NCBI GenBank assembly: GCA_052144065.1
Contig: JBKQRA010000144.1
Coordinates: 2,488-66,487 of the forward strand
Direction: 5' to 3'
DNA length: 64,000 nt
DNA from: Methylovirgula sp.
GTDB lineage: Bacteria > Pseudomonadota > Alphaproteobacteria > Rhizobiales > Beijerinckiaceae
In this document: positions 44,883 through 54,154 of the stretch, one piece after another
Position numbering within the stretch: the stretch's first letter is position 1
Layout of the letters: each line of letters begins with the position of its first letter
Position numbers and translations under genes: made by a program
The notes under the pieces: generated by a model
Seen by the model: the letters and a program-made list of their open reading frames with translations, nothing else
The model's database searches: none
Told to the model about the DNA's origin: nothing

Positions 44883-45839
44883 ATGGCAATGAACGAACTT
44901 TTACTGAGGAAGCCGCTGCCCGACGATTCGCTGCCCGACGATTCGCTGGCCGATATGGCTGGCCGGGTGTCGCCGGCGATCGGCTTCACCCCGTCGGACA
45001 TCGCTGCCCGCGAGGCCGTCGTCTGGACCGGCATCCAGGCGGAAACCTTGCGGATCGTCGATCAGCGGCCGTTCGAATATGACTTTTGCGCTCCTTATCA
45101 TCTGCTGCTTGTCATCGAGCGAGCTGCCCGCTTCGACGGCGAGACCTCGATCGAGGGCCTGCCGGCGTCCAATCTGCGCGATCTCAGCCGCAAGCTGATC
45201 TTCGTGCCAGCCGGCACCCAATATCGCGGCTGGGGCCGGCCGCGGCTGTTGAGCCGGGTCACCTGTTTCTACATCGATCCGCGCGGGCCGCTGCTCGATC
45301 CGGCGCTTGGCTTCGACCACATCGATTTCAAGCCGCGCCTGTTCTTCTTCGATCAGGCGATCTGGGAGACGGCGCAGAAGCTGAAGGCTGAGATCGGCCG
45401 GGGCGGCGAGGGGCCCCATTACGCCGAAGCGCTGGGGCGGGTGCTCTGCCTCGAGCTGATGCGTCTCAATGGAAGCAATGGCGGCGCGATGCTATCAGCC
45501 GGACAGACCGGCGGCCTCGCCGAATGGCAGAAGAAGCGGATCGTCGATTATATCGAGGCCAATCTCGATCAGCCGATCATGCTGGCGACCATGGCGGAGA
45601 TCGTCCGCCTCAGCCCCTATCACTTCGCCCGCGCCTTCAAGCGCTCCTTCGGGGTGCCGCCGCACCGTTATCACATGATGCGGCGGATCGAGGCGACCAA
45701 GATCCTGCTTGGCAAGACATCGGTGCCGGTGACGGAAATCGCCTTTCGCCTGGGGTTCAGCGATACGAGCGCCTTCACGGCGGGCTTTCGCCGCATCACC
45801 GGGCGCAGCCCCTCCGAATATCGCCGCAGCCTCGGATAG
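44883..45839 (+). CDS. AraC family transcriptional regulator
   Basis: C-terminal GLAEWQKKRIVDYI...LSPYHFARAFKRSFG...VTEIAFRLGFSDTSAFT..FRR.TG.SP; divergent from the RND genes. Confidence 0.93.
   Translation: MAMNELLLRKPLPDDSLPDDSLADMAGRVSPAIGFTPSDIAAREAVVWTGIQAETLRIVDQRPFEYDFCAPYHLLLVIERAARFDGETSIEGLPASNLRDLSRKLIFVPAGTQYRGWGRPRLLSRVTCFYIDPRGPLLDPALGFDHIDFKPRLFFFDQAIWETAQKLKAEIGRGGEGPHYAEALGRVLCLELMRLNGSNGGAMLSAGQTGGLAEWQKKRIVDYIEANLDQPIMLATMAEIVRLSPYHFARAFKRSFGVPPHRYHMMRRIEATKILLGKTSVPVTEIAFRLGFSDTSAFTAGFRRITGRSPSEYRRSLG
44916..44945 (+). repeat. 15-bp in-frame tandem duplication (LPDDS x2)
   Basis: CTGCCCGACGATTCG twice. Confidence 0.8.
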
Positions 45840-45845
45840 AGCGAT

Positions 45846-46112
45846 CTACATCGCATCCGTCGCCGCGACATAGCCGTCGGCGGTGAGTTCGATTGTCTCG
45901 CCGTCGGTCACGACGAGCTTCTTGTTGACGAGCGAGGAAACGATCACCGACAGGATCTTGCCATCCTTGAAACCGCAAGGCTCCTCCGCCGCGTCGAGGC
46001 TCTCGCAGAAGATGGCGCTGCCGATGCGCGCTTCGCCCGGCGGCTCGCTGTGAAACTCATTCGTCAGGATCGCGCGCAGCACTTTGAATTCATCTTGACT
46101 GACGTCGGCCAT
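45846..46112 (-). CDS. Small hypothetical protein (winged-helix-like end)
   Basis: MADVSQDEFKVLRAIL...VSSLVNKKLVVTDGETIELTADGY. Confidence 0.55.
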   Translation of the reverse strand: MADVSQDEFKVLRAILTNEFHSEPPGEARIGSAIFCESLDAAEEPCGFKDGKILSVIVSSLVNKKLVVTDGETIELTADGYVAATDAM

Positions 46113-46199
46113 GCGGATTGCTCTTTGCGAGAGATGGAAAGAGGTTCTCAGCACCAATCGGGCCAGCCGCTGCAAGCGTCGCCAAAACCTGTCGCGTCG

Positions 46200-46733
46200 C
46201 TAAGGTGTTCCCGGCGTGAAGCGGCATTTGGCGCCGCCGCCGTCCTTGCTCGCGATCTCGGCCGGATCGATGCTGCAAGAGAGATGCGACAGCCCCTCAT
46301 AGATCGAGCCTGCCGCGCCGTCGGACGGGACACCGACCTCGACCAGCGTTGCATAGAGCTCATGCGCAGCGCGGCCGGTGAGGCTGGCTTTGGTCTTGCC
46401 GAAGGCGAGATCGCAGGAATGATCGGTGAGATCGACATTGCTCGCCCGGCAGGTGACGCTGTCGGCGGTGACGGTGATCGTCTTGCCGGCATGCGATGTC
46501 ACACCCGTATTGCCGGCAAGGAAAGCGGCGAGCACGGCTTTCTCATTCGCAGGCAGGCTTGAATTTTCGCCAACCAATGCGGCGAGCGCGAGTGCGCCGC
46601 TGCCGGACAGATCCTGCGGCTTCGTTTGGCCCGTATCGCTTGCAAATGCGGAAGGCGCCAAAATCGATGTCGCCAGCCAGCTCGCAACGGCAAGGCTCAT
46701 CAAAGAGAACGCGCGCAAAAAGAAGCTCTTCAT
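46200..46733 (-). CDS. Secreted hypothetical protein with four Cys
   Basis: Signal peptide ending PSAFA-SD; four Cys in the mature region. Confidence 0.7.
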   Translation of the reverse strand: MKSFFLRAFSLMSLAVASWLATSILAPSAFASDTGQTKPQDLSGSGALALAALVGENSSLPANEKAVLAAFLAGNTGVTSHAGKTITVTADSVTCRASNVDLTDHSCDLAFGKTKASLTGRAAHELYATLVEVGVPSDGAAGSIYEGLSHLSCSIDPAEIASKDGGGAKCRFTPGTP

Positions 46734-46806
46734 GACGGAAAAATGTCGGCTGTGAAGATCGACCGATCTTATCCGTCCGCGCGCAGCTTGTCACGAAAGT
46801 GCGCTG

Positions 46807-47925
46807 TCAATGCAGAAAGGCCGCCGCCATGGCACCGAGGATCGCGCCGGTGAAGAGCGCGCCGTCATGCAAGGCCAGGAGCGGCCGCGCCAGCACGCCT
46901 TTGGCATGCACCATCAGCGTCGCGCCGAACATGGCGAGCGACCAGCCGCACCCGGCAATGATCAGCACCACGCCGAAATCGACAAAGCTCGTCAGCTTCG
47001 TCAATACGAAGATCGCCGCGGCAAGGAGCGCGAGGCCGATGGCCGTCAGCACCTCGCCCTTCGGCTTCGCAAAGACGAGGCCGAGGATTGCGGCCGGCGC
47101 ATACATCGCGAGACTATGCCAGGAGATGACTTCGGCGCGTCCCGCCATGCCGATGCCGCAATGGGCCATGAGGCTGGGACTTCCCGCCATCATCAGCGCC
47201 ATGCCGAACCAGGCGAGTGCGCCGGCGATGCTCGCCCAAACATAAGTCGCATCGACGGAGATCGTTTGCGCCTCCGGTTTCGCGGCGATGCTCTTGCCCG
47301 GCAGAGCGAGACACAAAGCCAAGACGATGATTTGCACGCCGCCGCCGAAGAGCAATGCCATTGCCGGCGCGAGCGGACCGGAAAGATCTTCCGCGAGGCT
47401 CAAGAGGGTCGGCGCGGCGATGGCCGCAATCGCGCCAGCGCCGAGAACGATGGCAATCGCTTTTGTCTTGTCCTTCGCCGCGAGCGCCGCCGAATGGCGG
47501 TAGAAGAAGCCAAAACCCTGGGCGACGCCGAGCCAGAAACTGCCGAGTGCCAGGCCGGCGAATTGCCGATCGACGATGCCCCAAGCGGCGAGTGCCGCGC
47601 CTGCAAGGCCGAGACTGGCACCAAGCGCAAACGCGGATTTGCGGCCGAAGACATCAGAGAGCATTGCCGCCGGCAGCGAGGCGGCGAGCGCGCCGACGAG
47701 CGTCAGCGCATAAGGAAGGGTGGCGAGCATCGGCCGCGCAGCGAGTTCGCTTCCGGCGATCGGCAGCACGGCGATATAGAGCGATTGGACGAGGATTGTA
47801 AGGCCAAAGCCGAGCGCCGTCGGCGTCAGAGCCGGACGTTCCGCGGCTTCGCCGTCGGCCACATCGCAGCTACAGAAGAGCTGGCCGGCGCGGGCTTTCG
47901 CGGGTTCGAGATCGATCAGACTCAT
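46807..47925 (-). CDS. ccoA: MFS transporter, CcoA/CalT-type putative copper importer
   Basis: MFS motif SDVFGRK; GFGFFYRHSA; MALMM (MxxxM) and HSLAM (HxxxM) 28 residues apart; ATGA-coupled to ccoS. Confidence 0.7.
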   Translation of the reverse strand: MSLIDLEPAKARAGQLFCSCDVADGEAAERPALTPTALGFGLTILVQSLYIAVLPIAGSELAARPMLATLPYALTLVGALAASLPAAMLSDVFGRKSAFALGASLGLAGAALAAWGIVDRQFAGLALGSFWLGVAQGFGFFYRHSAALAAKDKTKAIAIVLGAGAIAAIAAPTLLSLAEDLSGPLAPAMALLFGGGVQIIVLALCLALPGKSIAAKPEAQTISVDATYVWASIAGALAWFGMALMMAGSPSLMAHCGIGMAGRAEVISWHSLAMYAPAAILGLVFAKPKGEVLTAIGLALLAAAIFVLTKLTSFVDFGVVLIIAGCGWSLAMFGATLMVHAKGVLARPLLALHDGALFTGAILGAMAAAFLH

Positions 47926-48071
47926 TTGTGCAGATCATCGTCCGAGAGGACGCGATAGGCCGCGCCCTCAAGATCGTCATATTGGCCGCTGCGCAGCGAC
48001 CAGAGAAAGGCGATAAGGCCGAGTCCGCCGAGACCGAGCGCCAAAGGGATGAGGACAAGCAGGATTGTCAT
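47922..48071 (-). CDS. ccoS: cbb3 oxidase assembly protein CcoS/FixS (not in ORF track)
   Basis: MTILLVLIPLALGLGGLGLIAFLWSLRSGQYDDLEGAAYRVLSDDDLHK, 49 aa; ATGA overlap with fixI. Confidence 0.95.
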   Translation of the reverse strand: MTILLVLIPLALGLGGLGLIAFLWSLRSGQYDDLEGAAYRVLSDDDLHK

Positions 48072-50320
48072 GAGCGCGCTTCCATCACTTGCGGCAGGGG
48101 CTGCGCCGTCGGGCGCTCCTGCGCTGGCTTGCTCGCACCTATCTTGGGCGCCGATGCGCGCAGGCGCAAGGCATTGGCGGTGACGAGGATCGAGGATCCC
48201 GACATGGCGAGCGCCGCGATGAGCGGTGTCACGACACCGGCCATCGCGAGCGGCACGGCAATGAGATTATAGAGTGCCGCAAAGCCGAGATTCTCGCGCA
48301 TGAGGCGATGCGCTTTGCGGCTGATCGATAGTGCGGTTGCGACGGGGCTTAGCTGATCGCCAAGAAAGACCGCATCGGCTGAGGCTTGCGCGAGATCAGT
48401 TGCGGTAATGGGTGACAAAGACGCAAAGGCGGCCGCGAGCGCCGGCGCGTCATTGAGCCCGTCGCCAACCATCAAGACTTTCTTGCCTTGTGCCTTCAGA
48501 TCCTCGAGGAGAGCGATCTTGTCGGCGGGCTTTAGCCCGCCGCGCCAATCCGCGATGCCGAGCTTTTCGGCGACGTCGCGGACGGCATGGGCATTGTCAC
48601 CAGACGCGACCATCAGGGCGAAGCCGCGTTGGCGCAAAGTCTCGATCGTCGCCAGCGCATCGGGGCGCAGCATCTGCCGCATCAGAAAGACGGCTTTCGT
48701 ATCGCCGCAACGGAAGGCGAGCACGGAGGCTTCCGGGTCTTGCGCCTGCGCGGCTTTGGCCTCGGCGTCGAGATCGCAGAAGGCCGGACTGCCGAGGCGG
48801 GCCTTGGCAGTGCCGATCATCGCTTCGACGCCGGAGCCGTGAATTTCCGCCGCCTCTTTGATGGTGGCGCTTCCGTGCCTGTGGCTCGCCAGCGCGCGGG
48901 CCAGCGGGTGCCGGCTTGCGGTCGCAAGCTGCGCCGCTATTTCGAGCGCCGCATGATCGATGGCGGCGACATTGGCGAGCGCCGGCTCGGGCTGGGTTAG
49001 CGTTCCGGTCTTGTCGAAGACGATGAGATCGACCTTGGCGAAGCGCTCGATCGCATCGCCGGCATTAAGCAGAATGCCGGAACGGAACAGAGCCCCGGCC
49101 GAGACCACCTGAACCGCGGGTATGGCCAGCGCCAGCGCGCAGGGGCAGGTGATGATCAGCACCGCGATGGCGGCGATGACCGCATCGTGGAAGCTTGCGC
49201 CCGTCAGCATCCAGAAGACGAGCGTCGCCGCCGCTGTCGCATGCACGACCGGCGCGTAAAGCCGGCTGGCGCGATCGGCGAGCCGCAGATAGCGCGATTT
49301 TGCCGCCGTCGCGCGCTCGATCATATGCTCGATGTCGTCGAGCAAAGTGCCGGTGCCGGCGGCTTTGACTTCGAGTGTGAGAAGGCCGTCGAAATTAATG
49401 CTGCCGGCATAGACCATGGCGCCCGGCGCGACGCTTTGATGCGCGGTTTCGCCGGTGATGAGGCTGGCATCGATTTCGGACCGCCCGGCGACCACAAGCC
49501 CGTCGACCGGCAGCTTCTCACCCGGCTTGACGATCACATGGTCGCCGGCAGCGAGCACATTCACCGGCACGATCTCGGTCGTGTCGTCGGCCCCGATGCG
49601 GGTCGCGACAGGCGCGCGCAGCGCCGCGAGATTGGTCGCGACGGCGCGCGTCTTGCGCCGCATCGCCTGATCGAAATAGCGGCCGATCAGCAGAAAGAAG
49701 ATCAGCATGATCGCCGTGTCGAAATAGGCGGCCTGGGCATGCCGAGCGGTTTCGACGACCGACATGATGAGCGCGCCGCAGATGCCGATCGAGATCGGCA
49801 CATCCATATTGAGGCTGCGGGCTCGGACGGCGGCAAAGGCACTTTGGAAGAAAGGCTGGCCGGCGAAGGCCGCGGCGGGCAGGACGATGAGCGCCGAGAG
49901 CCAATGGAAGAAGTCGCGCGTCGCAGGCGCCATGTCGCTCGCATTGCCGGCCCAGATCGAGACAGACAGCAGCATGATGTTCATCGCGGCGAAGGCCGCG
50001 ACCGCAAGGCAGCGCAACAGCCAGCGCGAGCGCCGCGTCTCTGCTTCTTCGGTCGCATCGAAGCTGAACGGATAGGCGCGATAGTTGATGCGCGCCAATG
50101 CCTCGATCGCTTGCGCCGGATCGAAGCTGCCTTCTGCCCATTCGACGGTGAGACGATGATTCGTGTAATTGACGCGCGCTCGCGTGAGGCCCGGAAGCGG
50201 CTTCAGAGCGCCTTCGATGTCGCCGATGCAGGCGGCGCAAGTGATACCATCAACGGCGAGATCCAGAGTGGCGCTGCCGTCGGCATGGTGCTTGACGAAG
50301 ACCGAGAGGTCGGCTGCCAT
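48068..50320 (-). CDS. fixI: Cu-translocating P1B-type ATPase FixI/CcoI
   Basis: GITCAAC, TGE, CPC, DKTGT, GDGLNDAP. Confidence 0.95.
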   Translation of the reverse strand: MAADLSVFVKHHADGSATLDLAVDGITCAACIGDIEGALKPLPGLTRARVNYTNHRLTVEWAEGSFDPAQAIEALARINYRAYPFSFDATEEAETRRSRWLLRCLAVAAFAAMNIMLLSVSIWAGNASDMAPATRDFFHWLSALIVLPAAAFAGQPFFQSAFAAVRARSLNMDVPISIGICGALIMSVVETARHAQAAYFDTAIMLIFFLLIGRYFDQAMRRKTRAVATNLAALRAPVATRIGADDTTEIVPVNVLAAGDHVIVKPGEKLPVDGLVVAGRSEIDASLITGETAHQSVAPGAMVYAGSINFDGLLTLEVKAAGTGTLLDDIEHMIERATAAKSRYLRLADRASRLYAPVVHATAAATLVFWMLTGASFHDAVIAAIAVLIITCPCALALAIPAVQVVSAGALFRSGILLNAGDAIERFAKVDLIVFDKTGTLTQPEPALANVAAIDHAALEIAAQLATASRHPLARALASHRHGSATIKEAAEIHGSGVEAMIGTAKARLGSPAFCDLDAEAKAAQAQDPEASVLAFRCGDTKAVFLMRQMLRPDALATIETLRQRGFALMVASGDNAHAVRDVAEKLGIADWRGGLKPADKIALLEDLKAQGKKVLMVGDGLNDAPALAAAFASLSPITATDLAQASADAVFLGDQLSPVATALSISRKAHRLMRENLGFAALYNLIAVPLAMAGVVTPLIAALAMSGSSILVTANALRLRASAPKIGASKPAQERPTAQPLPQVMEARS

Positions 50321-50341
50321 GGACGCTTACGAGACCTCATG

Positions 50342-50863
50342 TCAGGGCAGGGCGATGCGGCTGCGTGAAAGGAACATCTGTTTGGCGCCGCGCTTGGCTT
50401 GGATGACGAGGTCCCACTGGCCACTCGCGACGGCGAGCGTGCCGCGATAGACGCCGGGCGCCGTCTCGGTGAGGGCGACCTTGTGATCGTGCGTCATGTC
50501 CGTCGCGAAATCGAGCGACGCGCTGACGGTAAGTCCGGCGACAGCCTGATTGGCGCTGTCGTGAAACACGGCTTCGACGGTCTTCGCCGAGTCCGTGCCG
50601 GAGAGATGCGCCGTCACCTGCCAATGCAGTTGGTCTTGCGCTTCGGCCGCGGCGATGTCGCGATTATAGGCGAGACCATGCTCGTAAGGATGCGGATCGA
50701 CCTCGCCGCTGAAGGTCGAGATCGCCAAATAGCACATTGTTGCATTCACGCTTCCGACGACGGCGAATGAGCCGAGCAATATGGCGAGAAATCCGAGACC
50801 GGTCAGTTTGCGGCCGGAGGGGCGGGGTTCGCCGTAGTGGGCCTGTGCGGTCAAAGTCGTCAT
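50342..50863 (-). CDS. fixH: FixH/CcoH
   Basis: TM FAVVGSVNATMCYLAISTFSG, YEHGLAYN, Ig-like C-terminus (PGVYRG...GQWDL); position in the operon. Confidence 0.9.
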   Translation of the reverse strand: MTTLTAQAHYGEPRPSGRKLTGLGFLAILLGSFAVVGSVNATMCYLAISTFSGEVDPHPYEHGLAYNRDIAAAEAQDQLHWQVTAHLSGTDSAKTVEAVFHDSANQAVAGLTVSASLDFATDMTHDHKVALTETAPGVYRGTLAVASGQWDLVIQAKRGAKQMFLSRSRIALP

Positions 50864-50881
50864 GGTCGATTCTTTCTCGTC

Positions 50882-52351
50882 TCACTTGGTGAGGAAATGA
50901 TCGCGGGCGACCGCTGTGTGCCCGCCCGAGCCTTCCCGGATCGCCTGGAAGGTGATGTCGCGCGAAGCGTCGTCGCTCGCGCTTGCCGGCAAGGTTACGA
51001 GAACCCGCAGCTCATAGGTTTGATCTGGGCCAATTTCGACCTGCGGCCAGCCATCGGCGCTCTTGCTGGTGCCGATCGCGCTGACATTGGCGGCGGCGAA
51101 AGGCATGACCTTCAACTCATAGCGGTTGGTCGTCGCCGTGTGATTGAGGATGCGCACCGTAAAGGCGTTGCGGATCGAGCCGTCGGCAAGCTGCAGATAG
51201 AGCGGATTACGGTCGTGCAGGACCGAAACGCCGAGATCGCTGCGCATCGCCAGAGTCGTCAGCATGAGGCCGCCGATGCCGGCGATTAGCGCGAAATAGA
51301 GGAGCGTCCGGATCCGGATCGGCCGGAACAGATTCGGCAATCCAGCGAGACGCCGGCGGATATTGACATCGGTATCGTAGGCGATGAGACGCGGCGGGCG
51401 GCCGATCTTCGTCATCACAGTATCGCAGGCGTCGATGCAGAGCCCGCATTGGATGCAGCCGAGGCTGGGGCCTTGCCGAATGTCGACGCCGGTCGGGCAG
51501 ACCGCGACGCATTGGCCGCAGTCGACGCAGTCGCCGGCGCTCTTGCCTTCGGCGCGCAGAGCCAGGGCCTTCTTCAAGGAGACGCGCGGCTCGCCGCGGT
51601 CGTAGCGATAGGTGACGTTCAGCGCATTTTCATCGATCAAGGCCGCCTGAATGCGCGGCCATGGGCACATATAGGTGCAGACCTGCTCGCGCATATGGCC
51701 AGCGAGCGTATAGGTCGTGAAGGTCAGAATGCCGATCGAGACATAGGCGACGGCCGGCGCGTTGAAGTTGATGAGATCGGAAACGAGCGTCGGCGCATCG
51801 GCGAAATAAAGCACCCAGGCGCCGCCTGTCCACCAGGCGATGATCAACCAAATGGAATGTTTGAGGACCTTGCGCCAGATGCGGTCGGCCGTCCAAGGGC
51901 CGGCGTCGCGTTCCATCCATTCGCGCCGGTCGCCCTCAATGGCGCGCTCGACGGTGAGATAGAGATCCGTCCAAACCGTCTGCGGGCAGAGATAGCCGCA
52001 CCAGACGCGGCCGGCGATTGCGTTCAGCAGGAACAGGGTGAGCGCCGCGATGATCAACAGGCCGGTGAAGTAATAGACTTCCTGCGGCCAGATCTCGATG
52101 AAGAAGAAATAGAAGCGGCGATGCGCCAGATCGACGAGCACGGCCTGGCTCGGCTCATTCGGACCACGGTCGAACCGCAGGAAGGGCAGCAAATAATAGA
52201 TGCCGAGGGTGACGACGAGGACCGCCCATTTGATCCGGCGAAAAGTACCGTGAACGCTCTGCGGATAGATTTTCGGCGCAGCGGCATAGAGGCTGCCGTC
52301 GTCGGCAGCCTCCGGGAGCTTTCCAGTCTGGCGTGCCTCGATGCCGCTCAT
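50882..52351 (-). CDS. ccoG: cbb3 oxidase accessory ferredoxin-like protein CcoG/FixG
   Basis: GRVWCGYLCPQTVW, REQVCTYMCPWPRIQ, CVDCGQCVAVCP, CIQCGLCIDAC. Confidence 0.97.
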   Translation of the reverse strand: MSGIEARQTGKLPEAADDGSLYAAAPKIYPQSVHGTFRRIKWAVLVVTLGIYYLLPFLRFDRGPNEPSQAVLVDLAHRRFYFFFIEIWPQEVYYFTGLLIIAALTLFLLNAIAGRVWCGYLCPQTVWTDLYLTVERAIEGDRREWMERDAGPWTADRIWRKVLKHSIWLIIAWWTGGAWVLYFADAPTLVSDLINFNAPAVAYVSIGILTFTTYTLAGHMREQVCTYMCPWPRIQAALIDENALNVTYRYDRGEPRVSLKKALALRAEGKSAGDCVDCGQCVAVCPTGVDIRQGPSLGCIQCGLCIDACDTVMTKIGRPPRLIAYDTDVNIRRRLAGLPNLFRPIRIRTLLYFALIAGIGGLMLTTLAMRSDLGVSVLHDRNPLYLQLADGSIRNAFTVRILNHTATTNRYELKVMPFAAANVSAIGTSKSADGWPQVEIGPDQTYELRVLVTLPASASDDASRDITFQAIREGSGGHTAVARDHFLTK

Positions 52352-53232
52352 TGTCCGCCGCCCAAACTATGCACGAAGACCGCGAGGGTCTTGATCGCCG
52401 TCTCGTCGAGACGGCCGGACCACGCCGGCATTGTGGCGCCGCCGCCGTTCTGGACGCGCTCCATGATGTCGGCCTTGGTCGGGCCATAGAGCCAGATCTT
52501 GGTTGTGAGGTTCGGTGCGCCCATTTCGATGTTGCCCTTGCCTTTCGGCCCATGGCAGGCGGAGCAATTGTCGGCGAAGATTTTCGCGCCCTTGGCGAGA
52601 TCGGCACCGGGAGCCGGCGCATTGCCCGAAAGCGTGCGGACGAAGTCCGCGACTTGCGAGATCTGCTCCTGCGTGAGGATCCCGTCTTTGCCGAAGGAAG
52701 GCATCATCATCATATGCGTATTCGGATCGGTCGGCGAGCGGGCGCCGTGTTCGATCGTCGTATAGATCTGCTCGAGCGTGCCGCCCCAGATCCAACGGTT
52801 GGCGTTGAGATTGGGATAGCCGCGCGAACCCTGCGCGCCGGCGCCATGGCAGGGCGCGCAATTCTGCGCGAAGGCGGCACTGCCTTCGGCACGGGCAAAA
52901 GCGAGCAGCTCGGGCGTCTGCTCGATGTCCTTGAGCGAGGCCTGGGCGATCTTCGCGTTCATCGGTGCCCGCAGCGTCTGCAGATCCTTGATGTCGGCGA
53001 CGACCGCATTGCGCGACTGCCAGCCGAGCAAGCCGTGCGTATAGCCGTTGATCAGCGGCCACGACGGATAGGCGAACCAATAGAGGACCGCGAAGGCGAT
53101 GCAGGCGTAGAAAGTATAGAGCCACCAGCGCGGCAGCGGCGTGTTGAGCTCGCGAATCCCGTCCCATTCATGGCCCGTCGTCGCGGTGCCGGTCGCGGCA
53201 TCGATCGGCTTTTCGGTCGTGTGCATGATCAA
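52348..53232 (-). CDS. ccoP: cbb3 oxidase subunit III
   Basis: TTGHEWDGIRELNTPLPRWW; two heme motifs, CAPCH and CSACH; the start may be ATG 53226. Confidence 0.97.
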   Translation of the reverse strand: MIMHTTEKPIDAATGTATTGHEWDGIRELNTPLPRWWLYTFYACIAFAVLYWFAYPSWPLINGYTHGLLGWQSRNAVVADIKDLQTLRAPMNAKIAQASLKDIEQTPELLAFARAEGSAAFAQNCAPCHGAGAQGSRGYPNLNANRWIWGGTLEQIYTTIEHGARSPTDPNTHMMMMPSFGKDGILTQEQISQVADFVRTLSGNAPAPGADLAKGAKIFADNCSACHGPKGKGNIEMGAPNLTTKIWLYGPTKADIMERVQNGGGATMPAWSGRLDETAIKTLAVFVHSLGGGQ

Positions 53233-53381
53233 TCCTCTTCAAGCGGCATGCGAGCGGCTTTTTCAAATGTTTTGCGGTTCGACGGCTTCAGCGCATAAAA
53301 AAGCGCAATCGCGAAGATCACCGCGAAATAAATGAATCCCCAAGAGGCGACCCAGTGGCTGAGAGTTTCATACGTCGACAT
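53229..53381 (-). CDS. ccoQ: cbb3 oxidase subunit IV (not in ORF track)
   Basis: MSTYETLSHWVASWGFIYFAVIFAIALFYALKPSNRKTFEKAARMPLEED, 50 aa, between ccoO and ccoP. Confidence 0.95.
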   Translation of the reverse strand: MSTYETLSHWVASWGFIYFAVIFAIALFYALKPSNRKTFEKAARMPLEED

Positions 53382-53388
53382 GATCGCC

Positions 53389-54144
53389 TCACCGTATGTT
53401 GGCTTTATCGTCGTAAAGCTTGAAGTTCACATGCGTGCCGAGCTGCTGCAGATAGGCGATGAGCGCATCGGCTTCCGTGAGCTGGCCTTTGTCGGCGCCG
53501 AGATCGCGGCTGATCGCGTCGGGATAGTGCTTCTGCAGCGCGTCGGCCTGCGGCGAATCGGCGGTGCCTTGCGCGATCAGATCGGCCTGCGCCGAGGCGA
53601 TCATTTCCTTCGAGTAAGGCACGCCTTCGATCGCAAGCGTCCGCATATGTTCGCCGATATGCGCTGCATCGAGCGGCGTCTTCTCGAGCCAGGGATAGCC
53701 CGGCATGATCGAGCCCGGCACGACCGCGCGCGGATTGCGCAGATGGTCACGATGCCAGCCGTCGGAATATTTGCCGCCGACGCGAGCAAGGTCAGGACCG
53801 TTGCGCTTCGAGCCCCATTGGAAGGGGTGGTCGTACATGCTCTCGGCCGCGAGCGAGTAATGGCCGTAGCGCTCCACCTCGTCGCGCAGTGGCCGGATCA
53901 TCTGCGAGTGGCAGAGATAGCAGCCTTCGCGCACATAGATATTGAAGCCGGCGAGTTCGAGCGGCGTATAGGGCCGCACGCCGTCGACCTTTTCGATCGT
54001 GCTCTTGAGATAGAAGAGCGGCACGATCTCGACGAGACCGCCGATCGAGATGGCGATTAAAATGCCGATCAGAAGAATGATCGAGTTCTTTTCGAAAATC
54101 TGATGCCGTTCCCACAGAGAGCGGCGTTCAACCGTCGTTGTCAT
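53389..54144 (-). CDS. ccoO: cbb3 oxidase subunit II
   Basis: EGCYLCHSQMIRP, WGSKRNGPDLARVG; ATG 54144 preferred. Confidence 0.97.
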   Translation of the reverse strand: MTTTVERRSLWERHQIFEKNSIILLIGILIAISIGGLVEIVPLFYLKSTIEKVDGVRPYTPLELAGFNIYVREGCYLCHSQMIRPLRDEVERYGHYSLAAESMYDHPFQWGSKRNGPDLARVGGKYSDGWHRDHLRNPRAVVPGSIMPGYPWLEKTPLDAAHIGEHMRTLAIEGVPYSKEMIASAQADLIAQGTADSPQADALQKHYPDAISRDLGADKGQLTEADALIAYLQQLGTHVNFKLYDDKANIR

Positions 54145-54154
54145 TTGGTTGTCC

